This document shows, piece after piece, positions 9,142 through 18,730 of a stretch of 64,000 bases of DNA. Under the pieces are notes generated by a model that worked only from the letters and a program-made list of their open reading frames with translations, did no database searches and was not told the DNA's origin. Location of the stretch: positions 64,001 to 128,000 of the IMG/VR virus record IMGVR_UViG_3300042520_001767. One strand, given 5' to 3'. The translations under genes and the position numbers were made by a program. Source of the DNA: a virus. Position 1 is the first letter of the stretch. Every line of letters starts with the position of its first letter.

Positions 9142-9516
9142 TTATTTTTTTATTGACCCATCTAATACATTCACATATAATTCCTCTCTAATAGGTACTA
9201 TAAGAGTACCAGAACCATCTAAAAAATCTATTTCAAATTTAGCAACGTATCTACCAGCAACTGATGTTTCTTTTTGTGTGAATTGATATACTAAATAATA
9301 TTCTTCACAAAGACAATTATCTTTAGGTAAGACTTCTTCAATGCCAGCTGCTTTACATGCAATTTTTTTAACACCTGTATCTATGTCAGTCATAGTAAAT
9401 GTTATAACAGCATTTTGAATTTTATCGTGAAATTTATGAAAATCATTCCTTCCATCTTGGATTAATTCAAGTTTTAATTTATTTAATGTTGCGTTTTTAT
9501 TTATAAAAAATTCCAT
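9142..9516 (-). CDS. BppU-N-like Ig-fold baseplate/fibre adaptor
   Basis: YQFTQKETSVAGRYVAKFEIDF resembles the BppU N-terminal Y.F...ET..AG.Y...F.I pattern; last gene of the fibre module. Confidence 0.55.
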   Translation of the reverse strand: MEFFINKNATLNKLKLELIQDGRNDFHKFHDKIQNAVITFTMTDIDTGVKKIACKAAGIEEVLPKDNCLCEEYYLVYQFTQKETSVAGRYVAKFEIDFLDGSGTLIVPIREELYVNVLDGSIKK

Positions 9517-9528
9517 ATTTCTGATATT

Positions 9529-10965
9529 TTAATTTATTACTAAAAATTTTATTGTTGTTGTTTCTGTTGGTGCAACATAGTTAATTGTAAACGAACCAGT
9601 TTCCTCAACAACTGAATTAATTCTACAAGTCGCATCATTAGTCCCTAACTGACAAATAACTATACTATTTTCTGTTACCGAGTTATTTGTTACTACAAGT
9701 GATGTCGAACCAGCTAACACATTTACTTTACCACTAGTTTCATAATTAACCGCAGTTAATTGCGTAGCTATTTCAGATTTTAAAAAACCAAATGTAAAAT
9801 TCTTCCATAAAGAATTAGCTACATCTTTAACCATTAACTTATCACCATCTTTTATCATATTGTAATTAACATCTAAATAATCGTGAATTTGAGCCATTTG
9901 ATACCCGTTCTGAACTTTAACGAATATTTCACCAACAGTGGAACTAACCCTTGTAACTACACCAATATAAACAGAATGTAATGGAGATAAAGGTTCAGCA
10001 CCATAAACTAAATTTCCATTAACACCAAGCCATACTGACCCACCTACTACACCACTAGAAGTGTTTAACCCACTAAACAATCCGTTTGTCACCACATCAA
10101 CCTTATCGTTAACACTACCTGTTTTTTCAATTAACCCAAGCGTTTTACTTGAAGTAGTTTCACTTGTATTTGATGCTTTACCAGCCAATATATTTGTACC
10201 ATTCGCACCAGTAACATAAACAGCTTGACCCTTGTTAATATTTTCAGATAATTTAACAGTTAATCTGTTAGTTAAATTTATATTAATATCGTTTATTTTT
10301 GCTATCTCTTCTTTTTCACTAGGTGATAATAAACCAGAATTCGTTGTTGTAGCTAGTGGTATGGTTGTACCACTTCCACTACTACTTTCTAATAAACCAT
10401 CTGTCGGACTTGCAGTGTAAGTTAAATCTGTTGAACCTGTTAAACCTGTTGAACTTAATGTTGATAGGTCAATTTCTGATATATCACCATTTGATTCTCT
10501 TGATAATACCTTCGTTAGTGAATTATTTATTAGAGGTGTTGTGTTAATATTTAAATTTGAAACATAAGTGGTGTGTTGTTTTAAACCTGTTATATTTGAA
10601 CCCAATACTATTGTAGTATTACCACTTGCGACACTATTCAACCCATGAACAAATGAATAATCACCATTAGCTATGGTTAATTTACCGCTAGATAAAGATG
10701 ATTTACCATTAGCTAGTGTTGAATCACCTATAGCAAACGCATAATCAGCGGTTGCGTCAGTTGTCGTTGAATTATTAATCCTTATAGATTCATTACCACC
10801 ATTTCCAATAATAAAAAGATTTACTTGTTTCGGTGTTGAATCACCAAAATAACAAAATAAATCATCACTATTCTCGCTAATAAAAAAACCATTATTAACA
10901 CCATCATCTGGTAATTCTGTTATTTTACCTACATAAACAATATTACCTACTTGTTTTATTCCCAT
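9529..10965 (-). CDS. Tail/head fibre-like protein
   Basis: YadA-head-like repeats (AFAIG..TLANG, SFVHG..SVASG), ATTTNSGLLS fibre motif, Ser/Thr/Gly-rich composition. Confidence 0.65.
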   Translation of the reverse strand: MGIKQVGNIVYVGKITELPDDGVNNGFFISENSDDLFCYFGDSTPKQVNLFIIGNGGNESIRINNSTTTDATADYAFAIGDSTLANGKSSLSSGKLTIANGDYSFVHGLNSVASGNTTIVLGSNITGLKQHTTYVSNLNINTTPLINNSLTKVLSRESNGDISEIDLSTLSSTGLTGSTDLTYTASPTDGLLESSSGSGTTIPLATTTNSGLLSPSEKEEIAKINDININLTNRLTVKLSENINKGQAVYVTGANGTNILAGKASNTSETTSSKTLGLIEKTGSVNDKVDVVTNGLFSGLNTSSGVVGGSVWLGVNGNLVYGAEPLSPLHSVYIGVVTRVSSTVGEIFVKVQNGYQMAQIHDYLDVNYNMIKDGDKLMVKDVANSLWKNFTFGFLKSEIATQLTAVNYETSGKVNVLAGSTSLVVTNNSVTENSIVICQLGTNDATCRINSVVEETGSFTINYVAPTETTTIKFLVIN

Positions 10966-10967
10966 AA

Positions 10968-13868
10968 TTATGTTACTGTTGTTATAGTTGTTACACTTGT
11001 TATATTATTTACATCTATGTTTTGATAAATTAAATGTTTACGTTGATTAAAATTATTTACGTATGTATCAGATATAGCAACATCGAAATCATAAATATAA
11101 CCCCAAAAACCCTTATTAGGTATTTGATTTACGAATGTTTTTAAATTTATTTCAGAACCATACATTGTATTTGCGTTTTTAAATAAAGTAAGAAATGTAT
11201 TACCACCAATTACAGAACTACCAGCTATTTTATTTATAAGTATATTTTGAGATGACATAAAATTAGTTAGATTTATACCATCATTTCTAAGTCCACCCAC
11301 AATAGTATCAAGTAATGATGAATTACTATCTATATTTAACTGAAGAAATTCATTTGTACCACTAATAAAACCTTGACCGAACGAAGAATTTATAATAACA
11401 CCGTAATTAGCTATATCTGTATAACCTAAATTATTAGAGTTAAATATTTTACCATTGTTAATTAAAGATATGTTATCTATTGATATAAAATTATTCATAC
11501 TACCTTTATTAATTATATTAGCACTAGACATAACTGAGGTGTTATAAATATAACCATCATTAGAATCAATGAAAATAACCCCAGCAACACCATATCTTTG
11601 TGAATAATCTAAAAACACACTATTATTTAAATTATTAACCTTAAAAGTAGATACTAATTCTTTTGGTTCCCCAGAAATAATAGGTATAATATGAAAATCT
11701 TTAGCTAAAGTAGTACCTGTTAACCCACTCAAAGGTAATGATACATTTACTGAAAAATTACTTATATGGTCTATCAACGGTAATCTATTCCCAACAGTAA
11801 CAGTTGGTGCTGAAGTAGTACCACTAATAAATGGATTTGATACTGATTTAGCGAAATCGGTATAAAAATTATTAATTATTGGTTCAGACATAATATATCT
11901 ATGGTTAAGACTTATTGTTGGGTTATTGTTCGTACAATAATTAACATTTAATATCTTATAAATAGTACTACCGCTAGTCCCACTAAGTTCACTAAATTCC
12001 TTTTTATGTAAAAAACCATTCCAGTTAAAATCATCCATTTGGAATCTTCTATATCTTTGTACTCTCCAATCTTTATCAACAGAGATATTACCATAAACAT
12101 TTTCCCTTTTTAATATAAAACCATTTCTATTAGCTTTAAAATTACCATTATCGTCATTGATTATTGTATCATTAAAATCATATTCTAATTTATCACCAAT
12201 AAATGTTAAACTTTCAGCGTTTATTGAGAAATTCGAACTATCAATAGCTGTTAATGATATTTGTTCAATAAATGGAGCTGGGTTTTCAATACCAGACATT
12301 GACATGTAAGGTAACCCATCATGTACTTCAGTATTTAAAACACCAGTTGGTTTAAATACTGGTTTACCGTTAACATCATTAATAATTATATTATTTGGTA
12401 TATTAGAATATCTTTGTTTTTCGAATCTAAGTTGGACACCTATATTTTGAGCACCAGTAAGTAGTGGTGAAAATTGTATATAACCAACATTAAAATAATT
12501 AACAATTGTAAATGTTTGTCCAGTTGTAACCGTAGAACCACTAGGTGCAAATACAACAGTAACAACATCACCATTAGCCGCAATAGTATTAGGTACGTTA
12601 TTAAATTGAGTAAAATTAGAAGCTGAACCAATAACAGTATGAATTTGTTGTCTAGTACTACTATCAGAACCATTTACAATATATTTCGTTTGATAATCAG
12701 TCAAGATATATTTATTACCAGTTATTAATTTTTTTTCATTTTTTAAAACATTTAAAGTAGCATGGGTTCCACTATATATGGTATTTAAAGACGATAATTC
12801 AATTTCTGACACACTACCGTTTGATTCCCTAGACAATACTTTTGTTAGTGAATTATTTATTTCTGGTGTAGTGTTAATATTTAAATTAGCAACATATGCG
12901 GTATCATCCATTGTTGCAAATATATTACTACCACCTAATATTATACTTCTAGATACAGAACTATTAAATACATTATTGTTTCCTCCAACAATAGCGGAAT
13001 TTGTATTTTCATTTAAATAATTTCCTTGACCACCAATAATTACTGAGTTATTTGAATCGCTTATTGAATTCCCCTCACCAATAAAAATACCAGATTCTTC
13101 AGAATTATCTACACTATTAATAATACCACCAATAATCGCTGAATTTTTAGAAGCGTCAATAACACTAGTATTACCGCCTAATATAGATGAATTATCACTA
13201 CCAATATGTATTTTATGTTTACCACCACCTAAAATAGTTGATGATGTACCACTAGCACCATATACACCATCATTAGGTATAAAGTTAGTATCGCCACTAA
13301 AATGAACAAATGATAATTTTCCATAAGCAGTAACACCAACACCACCAGCACTTGAAATGTATCCACTGGCAACCGTACTATGACCTTTTGAATTTGAAAG
13401 CCCACCACTAGCAATTGTATTTCTTCCACTAGCTCTATCACCGTAAGAACTAGCCACAGTATTTGAACCGAAAGCACTTGAAAAATCACCACTAGCAACA
13501 GTATCCCTACCACTAGAAAATGATGCTCTACCTTCAGCTATAGCTCCTTCACCAATAGCTATTGAATAATCACCAGTCGCATCAACATTGGTATCATTTA
13601 TAGTTTTCAATGAATGATTACCAGTAGAACCAGAATTCCAATAACCACCTTCTATTATTGTACCACCACTATAAGTCGGTAATGTAATTGAAATATCACC
13701 ACCATTATATTTTTTTAATGTTAATACGTTATTATTAGTTATTGCTGTATATATAGAATCACCCTTTAAGATAATAAAATTACTATCAAGTTCACCCTGA
13801 CTCAACACACTACCTTTATTTATATCACCATATGGTGAATTAGTTATCCTAAGTATTAAATTTTCCAT
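10968..13868 (-). CDS. Long fibre/receptor-binding protein
   Basis: N-terminal LSQGELDSNF fibre-attachment-like motif, Hep/Hag-like TVASG repeats, IIGG.NN beta-helix repeats, Asn-rich C-terminus. Confidence 0.7.
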   Translation of the reverse strand: MENLILRITNSPYGDINKGSVLSQGELDSNFIILKGDSIYTAITNNNVLTLKKYNGGDISITLPTYSGGTIIEGGYWNSGSTGNHSLKTINDTNVDATGDYSIAIGEGAIAEGRASFSSGRDTVASGDFSSAFGSNTVASSYGDRASGRNTIASGGLSNSKGHSTVASGYISSAGGVGVTAYGKLSFVHFSGDTNFIPNDGVYGASGTSSTILGGGKHKIHIGSDNSSILGGNTSVIDASKNSAIIGGIINSVDNSEESGIFIGEGNSISDSNNSVIIGGQGNYLNENTNSAIVGGNNNVFNSSVSRSIILGGSNIFATMDDTAYVANLNINTTPEINNSLTKVLSRESNGSVSEIELSSLNTIYSGTHATLNVLKNEKKLITGNKYILTDYQTKYIVNGSDSSTRQQIHTVIGSASNFTQFNNVPNTIAANGDVVTVVFAPSGSTVTTGQTFTIVNYFNVGYIQFSPLLTGAQNIGVQLRFEKQRYSNIPNNIIINDVNGKPVFKPTGVLNTEVHDGLPYMSMSGIENPAPFIEQISLTAIDSSNFSINAESLTFIGDKLEYDFNDTIINDDNGNFKANRNGFILKRENVYGNISVDKDWRVQRYRRFQMDDFNWNGFLHKKEFSELSGTSGSTIYKILNVNYCTNNNPTISLNHRYIMSEPIINNFYTDFAKSVSNPFISGTTSAPTVTVGNRLPLIDHISNFSVNVSLPLSGLTGTTLAKDFHIIPIISGEPKELVSTFKVNNLNNSVFLDYSQRYGVAGVIFIDSNDGYIYNTSVMSSANIINKGSMNNFISIDNISLINNGKIFNSNNLGYTDIANYGVIINSSFGQGFISGTNEFLQLNIDSNSSLLDTIVGGLRNDGINLTNFMSSQNILINKIAGSSVIGGNTFLTLFKNANTMYGSEINLKTFVNQIPNKGFWGYIYDFDVAISDTYVNNFNQRKHLIYQNIDVNNITSVTTITTVT

Positions 13869-13889
13869 ATTTTATCGATGCTTTTTATT

Positions 13890-13898
13890 TATAAATAT
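13890..13898 (-). promoter_or_regulatory. ATATTTATA putative late-promoter motif
   Basis: 21 nt upstream of the ATG at 13868. Confidence 0.55.
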
Positions 13899-13948
13899 CT
13901 AATACATTTTAATAAAGTTAGAAAACGTTATGTGTTAACAATATTTAT

Positions 13949-14356
13949 TTATCTTTTTTTAATTATATTTTTATAAGGTACCCAAATTATTCCAATAAAA
14001 AATAAGGATATAAATCTACCAGTTCTATATCCTTTACCTAATCGTGCCATACCTTTTAAATACTCCATATCAGCTTCCCATTTTGAAATAAAATTTAGTG
14101 ATGCGTTTTCAACTAAATATCTATAATCATGCAGCATCGCATTCAAATCTAAATTAGGTATATCATCTAAATCTTTAACAATTGTAGCACCATCAAAGTC
14201 TTTTGTGTTTTTACAAAAATATCGGTATGCTTTAACGTAATTGTTAATTTCTTTTTCTGGTACTTCTTTTATTTTAAGTAAAGTCACAACTTTAGTTAAT
14301 TTATTAAGCAACACAACTTGTGGTTGTTTAAAGAAACCATTTCGACTAAAAAACAT
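13949..14356 (-). CDS. DUF1353-like protein with C-terminal hydrophobic helix
   Basis: FDGAT..AMLHDYRY motif, typical of DUF1353 proteins found next to phage fibre genes. Confidence 0.5.
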   Translation of the reverse strand: MFFSRNGFFKQPQVVLLNKLTKVVTLLKIKEVPEKEINNYVKAYRYFCKNTKDFDGATIVKDLDDIPNLDLNAMLHDYRYLVENASLNFISKWEADMEYLKGMARLGKGYRTGRFISLFFIGIIWVPYKNIIKKR

Positions 14357-14871
14357 TACTCTGTAATTGTAAATTGAACACCAACAGGTTCTTCATTCAT
14401 TATTAATTTATTTAACAAAAAACCTATTGCCAACGGCTCACTTATTGTTATTTCAGGGTTATCTAGTGTACCTCCATTAAAATACCCCATTACTTTTTCA
14501 TATGTCGGGTAACCATAATCAACTATTGTAAAATCACTTGGCATAACACCATTATTAGATTCTAGATAACCAAACATCGGTACTGTAATTCTTTCCTCTG
14601 AACCTTCTAATTGTGAATCATAATCAGGATTTGGTATTGACATTAGAGTAGTTTGATTTGACGACACAATATCATCTTCCATTCCCATAAACATCATTTC
14701 TTTAATAGATATGATAACTTTTTTATTGTTTTTAATACAACTCATTTCAAATCTTATTGAAAGAAATTTATCTAACCTCCTATGAGTTATTGCGACATCT
14801 TGTATAATTACATTATCAAAAGAACCTTGATTTTCTAAAGGTGATTCGTATTTTTGTGCTGTTAATTTCAT
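14356..14871 (-). CDS. Hypothetical fibre-associated protein
   Basis: 171-aa ORF translationally coupled between fibre genes. Confidence 0.6.
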   Translation of the reverse strand: MKLTAQKYESPLENQGSFDNVIIQDVAITHRRLDKFLSIRFEMSCIKNNKKVIISIKEMMFMGMEDDIVSSNQTTLMSIPNPDYDSQLEGSEERITVPMFGYLESNNGVMPSDFTIVDYGYPTYEKVMGYFNGGTLDNPEITISEPLAIGFLLNKLIMNEEPVGVQFTITE

Positions 14872-14901
14872 ATTTAATTTTTATTTATTTATTATTTTAT
14901 A

Positions 14902-17331
14902 TTAAGTTATAGTTATTGTTCTAGTTATACCACTAAGTCTTATTTTTAAACCAGTAAGTGTATTTGATTCTAACCAAACATCACCATCATTTGGTGCCGT
15001 TGGAGCTGAACCAACTCTTAATCTCATTAATGCTGATAATGTTGTTGACGGTGCTATATCTAAATTAGCCGTAGGTGTAGATACCCCAACACCAATCTTT
15101 CCACTTGTAGTTGCACCAGTTAACGGGTTACCCGTAACCGTACCATAAGTACCTGTACCAAACAAAACACCACCTAGATTTAATGAATTTACAGTATTAT
15201 TAGGTAAACTAATATTTGTACCAATTATAATGTTATTTGGGTTAGTATTAGCATTGGTCATCCCATAACCAACCCTAAATCCAATAAAATTAGAATATGT
15301 GTTACCAGATGATTGAAAACCAGTATTAAAACCAATAAAATTACTTGCTCTATTATTAATTGAATAACCACCTGATGTATTACCTATAAAATTACTATTA
15401 AGTGCGTCATTTGCTTGAATACCAGCGTTATTACCGATAAAATTTGAACCCGTTACACCTGTCACACTATTACCAGCGTAATTACCAATAAAATTTGAAG
15501 TTGAAGCATTCCTTGAATTCTGACCAGCATTATTACCAATGAAGTTTGAGTTACTAGAACTTGTTGCACCAGAACCAGATTGTTGACCTAAAAAATTTGA
15601 GTTACTAGCACCTATCGCACCAAAACCAGCTTGATTACCTAAAAAATTTGAGTTATTAGCGGTTGTTGCACCGCTACCAGCTTGATAACCCATAAAATTT
15701 GAGTTATTAGCTGTTGTCGCACCCCTACCAGCTTGATAACCCATAAAGTTTGAGTTATTAGCGTTTGTCGCTTGCCAACCAGTATCATAACCCATAAAGT
15801 TTGAATTACTTGCAGTTGTTGCATTTTGACCAGCATTCTGACCAATAAAATTTGATGTACTAGCACTAGTTGCACCATTACCAGCATATTCACCAAAGAA
15901 ATTTGAATTATTAGCATTTCTTGCGTTTGCACCAGCACGTTGACCAAAAAAGTTTGAATTACTAGCACCTGTCGCACTCACACCAGCAAAATAACCCAAG
16001 AAATTTGAATAACTTGCAGTTGTTGCATTTTGACCAGCATTCTGACCAATAAGATTTGAGTTACTAGCACTTGTTGCATTTCTACCAGCATAATTACCTA
16101 AGAAATTTGAGTTACTAGCATTTGTTGCTTGATAACCAGCAAAATTACCCAAGAAATTTGATAATGAAGCGTTTGTTGCTCCACCACCAGCATAATAACC
16201 AATGAAGTTTGAAGTATTAGCAAGAGTAGCATTTTCACCAGAATTATACCCCATGAAATTCGAGTCATAAGCACCTGTTGCACCATAACCAGCACCCCAT
16301 CCCATGAAATTCGAGTTATAAGCACCTGTCGCATTATAACCAACATTAAACCCGAAGAAATTCGACCTACTAGCATTTGTTGCGCCATAACCAGCATTCC
16401 AACCAAAAAAGTTTGAATTACTAGCACCTATTGCTTGATAACCAGCACTCTCACCAAAGAAATTTGAATTGTTAGCACTAGCTGAACCCCTACCAGCTTG
16501 ATGACCCATAAAATTTGAGTTATCAGCGTTTGTAGCATCTTTACCAGCTAATCTACCAATGAAATTTGAGTCACTAGCATATGCCGCATATTCACCAGCA
16601 CTTGGACCAAAGAAATTAGAAAAAGTAGCACCTATTGCTTGATAACCAGCTCTCTCACCAAAGAAATTTGAGTTACTAGCATTTGTTGCACCATAACCAG
16701 CATAATAACCCATGAAATTTGATAATGAAGCGTTTGTTGCACCATAACCAGCTTGACTACCTAAAAAATTTGAGTTACCAGCGTTTGTCGCCACAAAACC
16801 AGCTTGACTACCTAAAAAATTTGAATTACCAGCGTTTGTTGCGTTCCTACCAGCCTGATAACCTAAAAAATTTGAATTAGAAGCGTTCCCTACACCATAA
16901 CCAGTTTGATAACCAAAAAAGTTTGAATTAGAAGCACCGAACCCCCCATAAGCAACTTGATAACCCATGAAATTTGAATTATTATTAGAACCAGCATAAG
17001 CACCAGCACTAGTACCATAAACAAACATATTACCACTATCAGCCACCGCACCATCACCCAATGCAATAGAACCACTACCATTAGCTGATGGTGGATTTAA
17101 TGGTGGTGTTGCATTTTCAGAATAGTATTTTGGTTTTGAATCAATATCTATAGCAACATAACTAACATAACTATCACCAGTTAATAAAAGCGTATTTGTT
17201 GACGCTGAAAAATATCCACCAGTAACAAACGGTGGTAAAAACCTCTTAGGTACAATACCAGCATCCTCACCACTTTGGCCTAAAGGAGTATAACCACCAA
17301 TCTTACCTTTATTTAACTTACTTTCAAGCAT
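14902..17331 (-). CDS. Beta-solenoid fibre protein with about 34 tandem 17-aa repeats
   Basis: Consensus A(S/N)NSNF(F/L/M/I)GxxAGxxATx counted by hand; C-terminal IGVGVSTPTANLDI and PTAPNDGDVW fibre motifs. Confidence 0.8.
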   Translation of the reverse strand: MLESKLNKGKIGGYTPLGQSGEDAGIVPKRFLPPFVTGGYFSASTNTLLLTGDSYVSYVAIDIDSKPKYYSENATPPLNPPSANGSGSIALGDGAVADSGNMFVYGTSAGAYAGSNNNSNFMGYQVAYGGFGASNSNFFGYQTGYGVGNASNSNFLGYQAGRNATNAGNSNFLGSQAGFVATNAGNSNFLGSQAGYGATNASLSNFMGYYAGYGATNASNSNFFGERAGYQAIGATFSNFFGPSAGEYAAYASDSNFIGRLAGKDATNADNSNFMGHQAGRGSASANNSNFFGESAGYQAIGASNSNFFGWNAGYGATNASRSNFFGFNVGYNATGAYNSNFMGWGAGYGATGAYDSNFMGYNSGENATLANTSNFIGYYAGGGATNASLSNFLGNFAGYQATNASNSNFLGNYAGRNATSASNSNLIGQNAGQNATTASYSNFLGYFAGVSATGASNSNFFGQRAGANARNANNSNFFGEYAGNGATSASTSNFIGQNAGQNATTASNSNFMGYDTGWQATNANNSNFMGYQAGRGATTANNSNFMGYQAGSGATTANNSNFLGNQAGFGAIGASNSNFLGQQSGSGATSSSNSNFIGNNAGQNSRNASTSNFIGNYAGNSVTGVTGSNFIGNNAGIQANDALNSNFIGNTSGGYSINNRASNFIGFNTGFQSSGNTYSNFIGFRVGYGMTNANTNPNNIIIGTNISLPNNTVNSLNLGGVLFGTGTYGTVTGNPLTGATTSGKIGVGVSTPTANLDIAPSTTLSALMRLRVGSAPTAPNDGDVWLESNTLTGLKIRLSGITRTITIT

Positions 17332-17344
17332 AATTTAATTTTTT

Positions 17345-18247
17345 TTATAATCTTACAGCTTCAATTGTGTAAGTTGTTTCATTATAGTATAGATAGGTAT
17401 TACCAACAACAGCCCCTAAAGCTTCTGTAATTGCAACAATAGCTGTAGCTCTATCTAGATAAGTAGGTAATGAAGAATTTGAGAATACAGTCATTCCATC
17501 CAAACTTCCACCAACATTAACTTGAGCACCAAAAGCATTAACATTACTAGCTGTTGAATTAGCACAAGCACTCTCACCAAAAGCGTTAACATTATTACCA
17601 GTTACACCCTTACCAGCATTCTCACCAAAGAAATTTGAATAAGTAGAATTAATTGCACCATAACCAGCACTTGAACCAAAGAAATTTGAGTTATAAGCGT
17701 TTTTTGCACCATAACCAGCACTCTGACCTATAAAATTTGAATTTCTAGCATCTGTTGCTTCATAACCAGCCTGATTACCAAAGAAATTTGAGTTATCAGC
17801 GTTTGTAGCACCAGCACCAGCTTGAGGGCCCATGAAATTTGAGTTATAAGCACTTGTTGCGTACCTACCAGCACTTGGACCAAAGAAATTTGAATCACTA
17901 GCATCATCTGCACCCTCACCAGCACTATCACCAAAGAAAATTGAATTACTAGGTGAGAACGTATTATTAGTTCCAAGACCAGTTGATAATAACGAAGTTC
18001 CATTAACAACAGTTATAGGTGAACTTACTATACCGTTTACAGTATATGTAGTGTTATTATTATATGTAAATATTATAGAATCACCACTATATGTAGCACC
18101 AGTGGTGTATATACTATAATAATAGTTTCCATCATCATCTTTAACTTTTATTGTTTTATTTTCAGTATCTAAAAATAAATTAAAATTACCAACGTTAGAT
18201 GTTGGTACTGATGAAGCATTTTGTGCTTGTAATTGAATGTATTGCAT
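17345..18247 (-). CDS. Short paralog of the 17-aa-repeat fibre protein (about 7 repeats)
   Basis: Same xxxSNFFGxxAGxxAxx repeat; shares 24-27-bp identical tracts with 14902..17331. Confidence 0.75.
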   Translation of the reverse strand: MQYIQLQAQNASSVPTSNVGNFNLFLDTENKTIKVKDDDGNYYYSIYTTGATYSGDSIIFTYNNNTTYTVNGIVSSPITVVNGTSLLSTGLGTNNTFSPSNSIFFGDSAGEGADDASDSNFFGPSAGRYATSAYNSNFMGPQAGAGATNADNSNFFGNQAGYEATDARNSNFIGQSAGYGAKNAYNSNFFGSSAGYGAINSTYSNFFGENAGKGVTGNNVNAFGESACANSTASNVNAFGAQVNVGGSLDGMTVFSNSSLPTYLDRATAIVAITEALGAVVGNTYLYYNETTYTIEAVRL

Positions 18248-18253
18248 AGTTTT

Positions 18254-18670
18254 TTATTTTAAAATTCCTGTTCCTATTATTGTTGAGTTTCCACTAAATA
18301 TTATCGCACCAGCAATATCGATTAAACCATTATTAATAATATTGCTATTTAATAATAATAAATTACCACCGATATAAATTTTAGCGTATTTATCAAATGT
18401 TATACTACCTATTGTTATTTCTGTATCTTTTTGTAATTCTAAATTGGTATCGACTAAAACATAATCACCAGCTATTGTAATGGTTTCATCACTTGTTATT
18501 ATTTTTGTGTTGTTTTCTTCCCAATGCTTTATGTTAATATATGGAGCAATAAAATCGGTTAAACCACTTAAACTAATTTTTTTAGTAATTCCATTATTAA
18601 CTATAGGTAAAACATCATCAATACTAGGATTAATGTTAAAGTCAAACTGAATTATTTTTTTATTTGGCAT
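18254..18670 (-). CDS. Small fibre-associated structural protein
   Basis: N-terminal KKIIQF..DDVLPIVNNGITKKIS motif seen in phage fibre proteins; beta-rich C-terminus. Confidence 0.5.
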   Translation of the reverse strand: MPNKKIIQFDFNINPSIDDVLPIVNNGITKKISLSGLTDFIAPYINIKHWEENNTKIITSDETITIAGDYVLVDTNLELQKDTEITIGSITFDKYAKIYIGGNLLLLNSNIINNGLIDIAGAIIFSGNSTIIGTGILK

Positions 18671-18686
18671 GATTTATTTAGTTTAT

Positions 18687-18695
18687 TATAAATAT
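18687..18695 (-). promoter_or_regulatory. ATATTTATA putative late-promoter motif
   Basis: 16 nt upstream of the ATG at 18670. Confidence 0.55.
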
Positions 18696-18730
18696 GTAAT
18701 TTTAATTTAAAATATTAATATTTTCATTAT

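Noticed and set aside
15250-16990. Resemblance of AGYGAT to the ice-nucleation repeat AGYGST
   Set aside because: The period is 17 rather than 16 and the TxT water-ordering motif is absent; fibre termini and context explain it better.
14902-17331. Possible CRISPR array or DGR template/variable repeat
   Set aside because: The repeats are degenerate, in frame and coding, with no constant repeat-spacer structure, no adenine-specific divergence and no reverse transcriptase in the window.
15639-18009. Alternate-frame Val/Leu/Met-rich ORFs in the repeat fibres
   Set aside because: Frame-shifted translation of the 51-bp repeats; stop-poor by construction.
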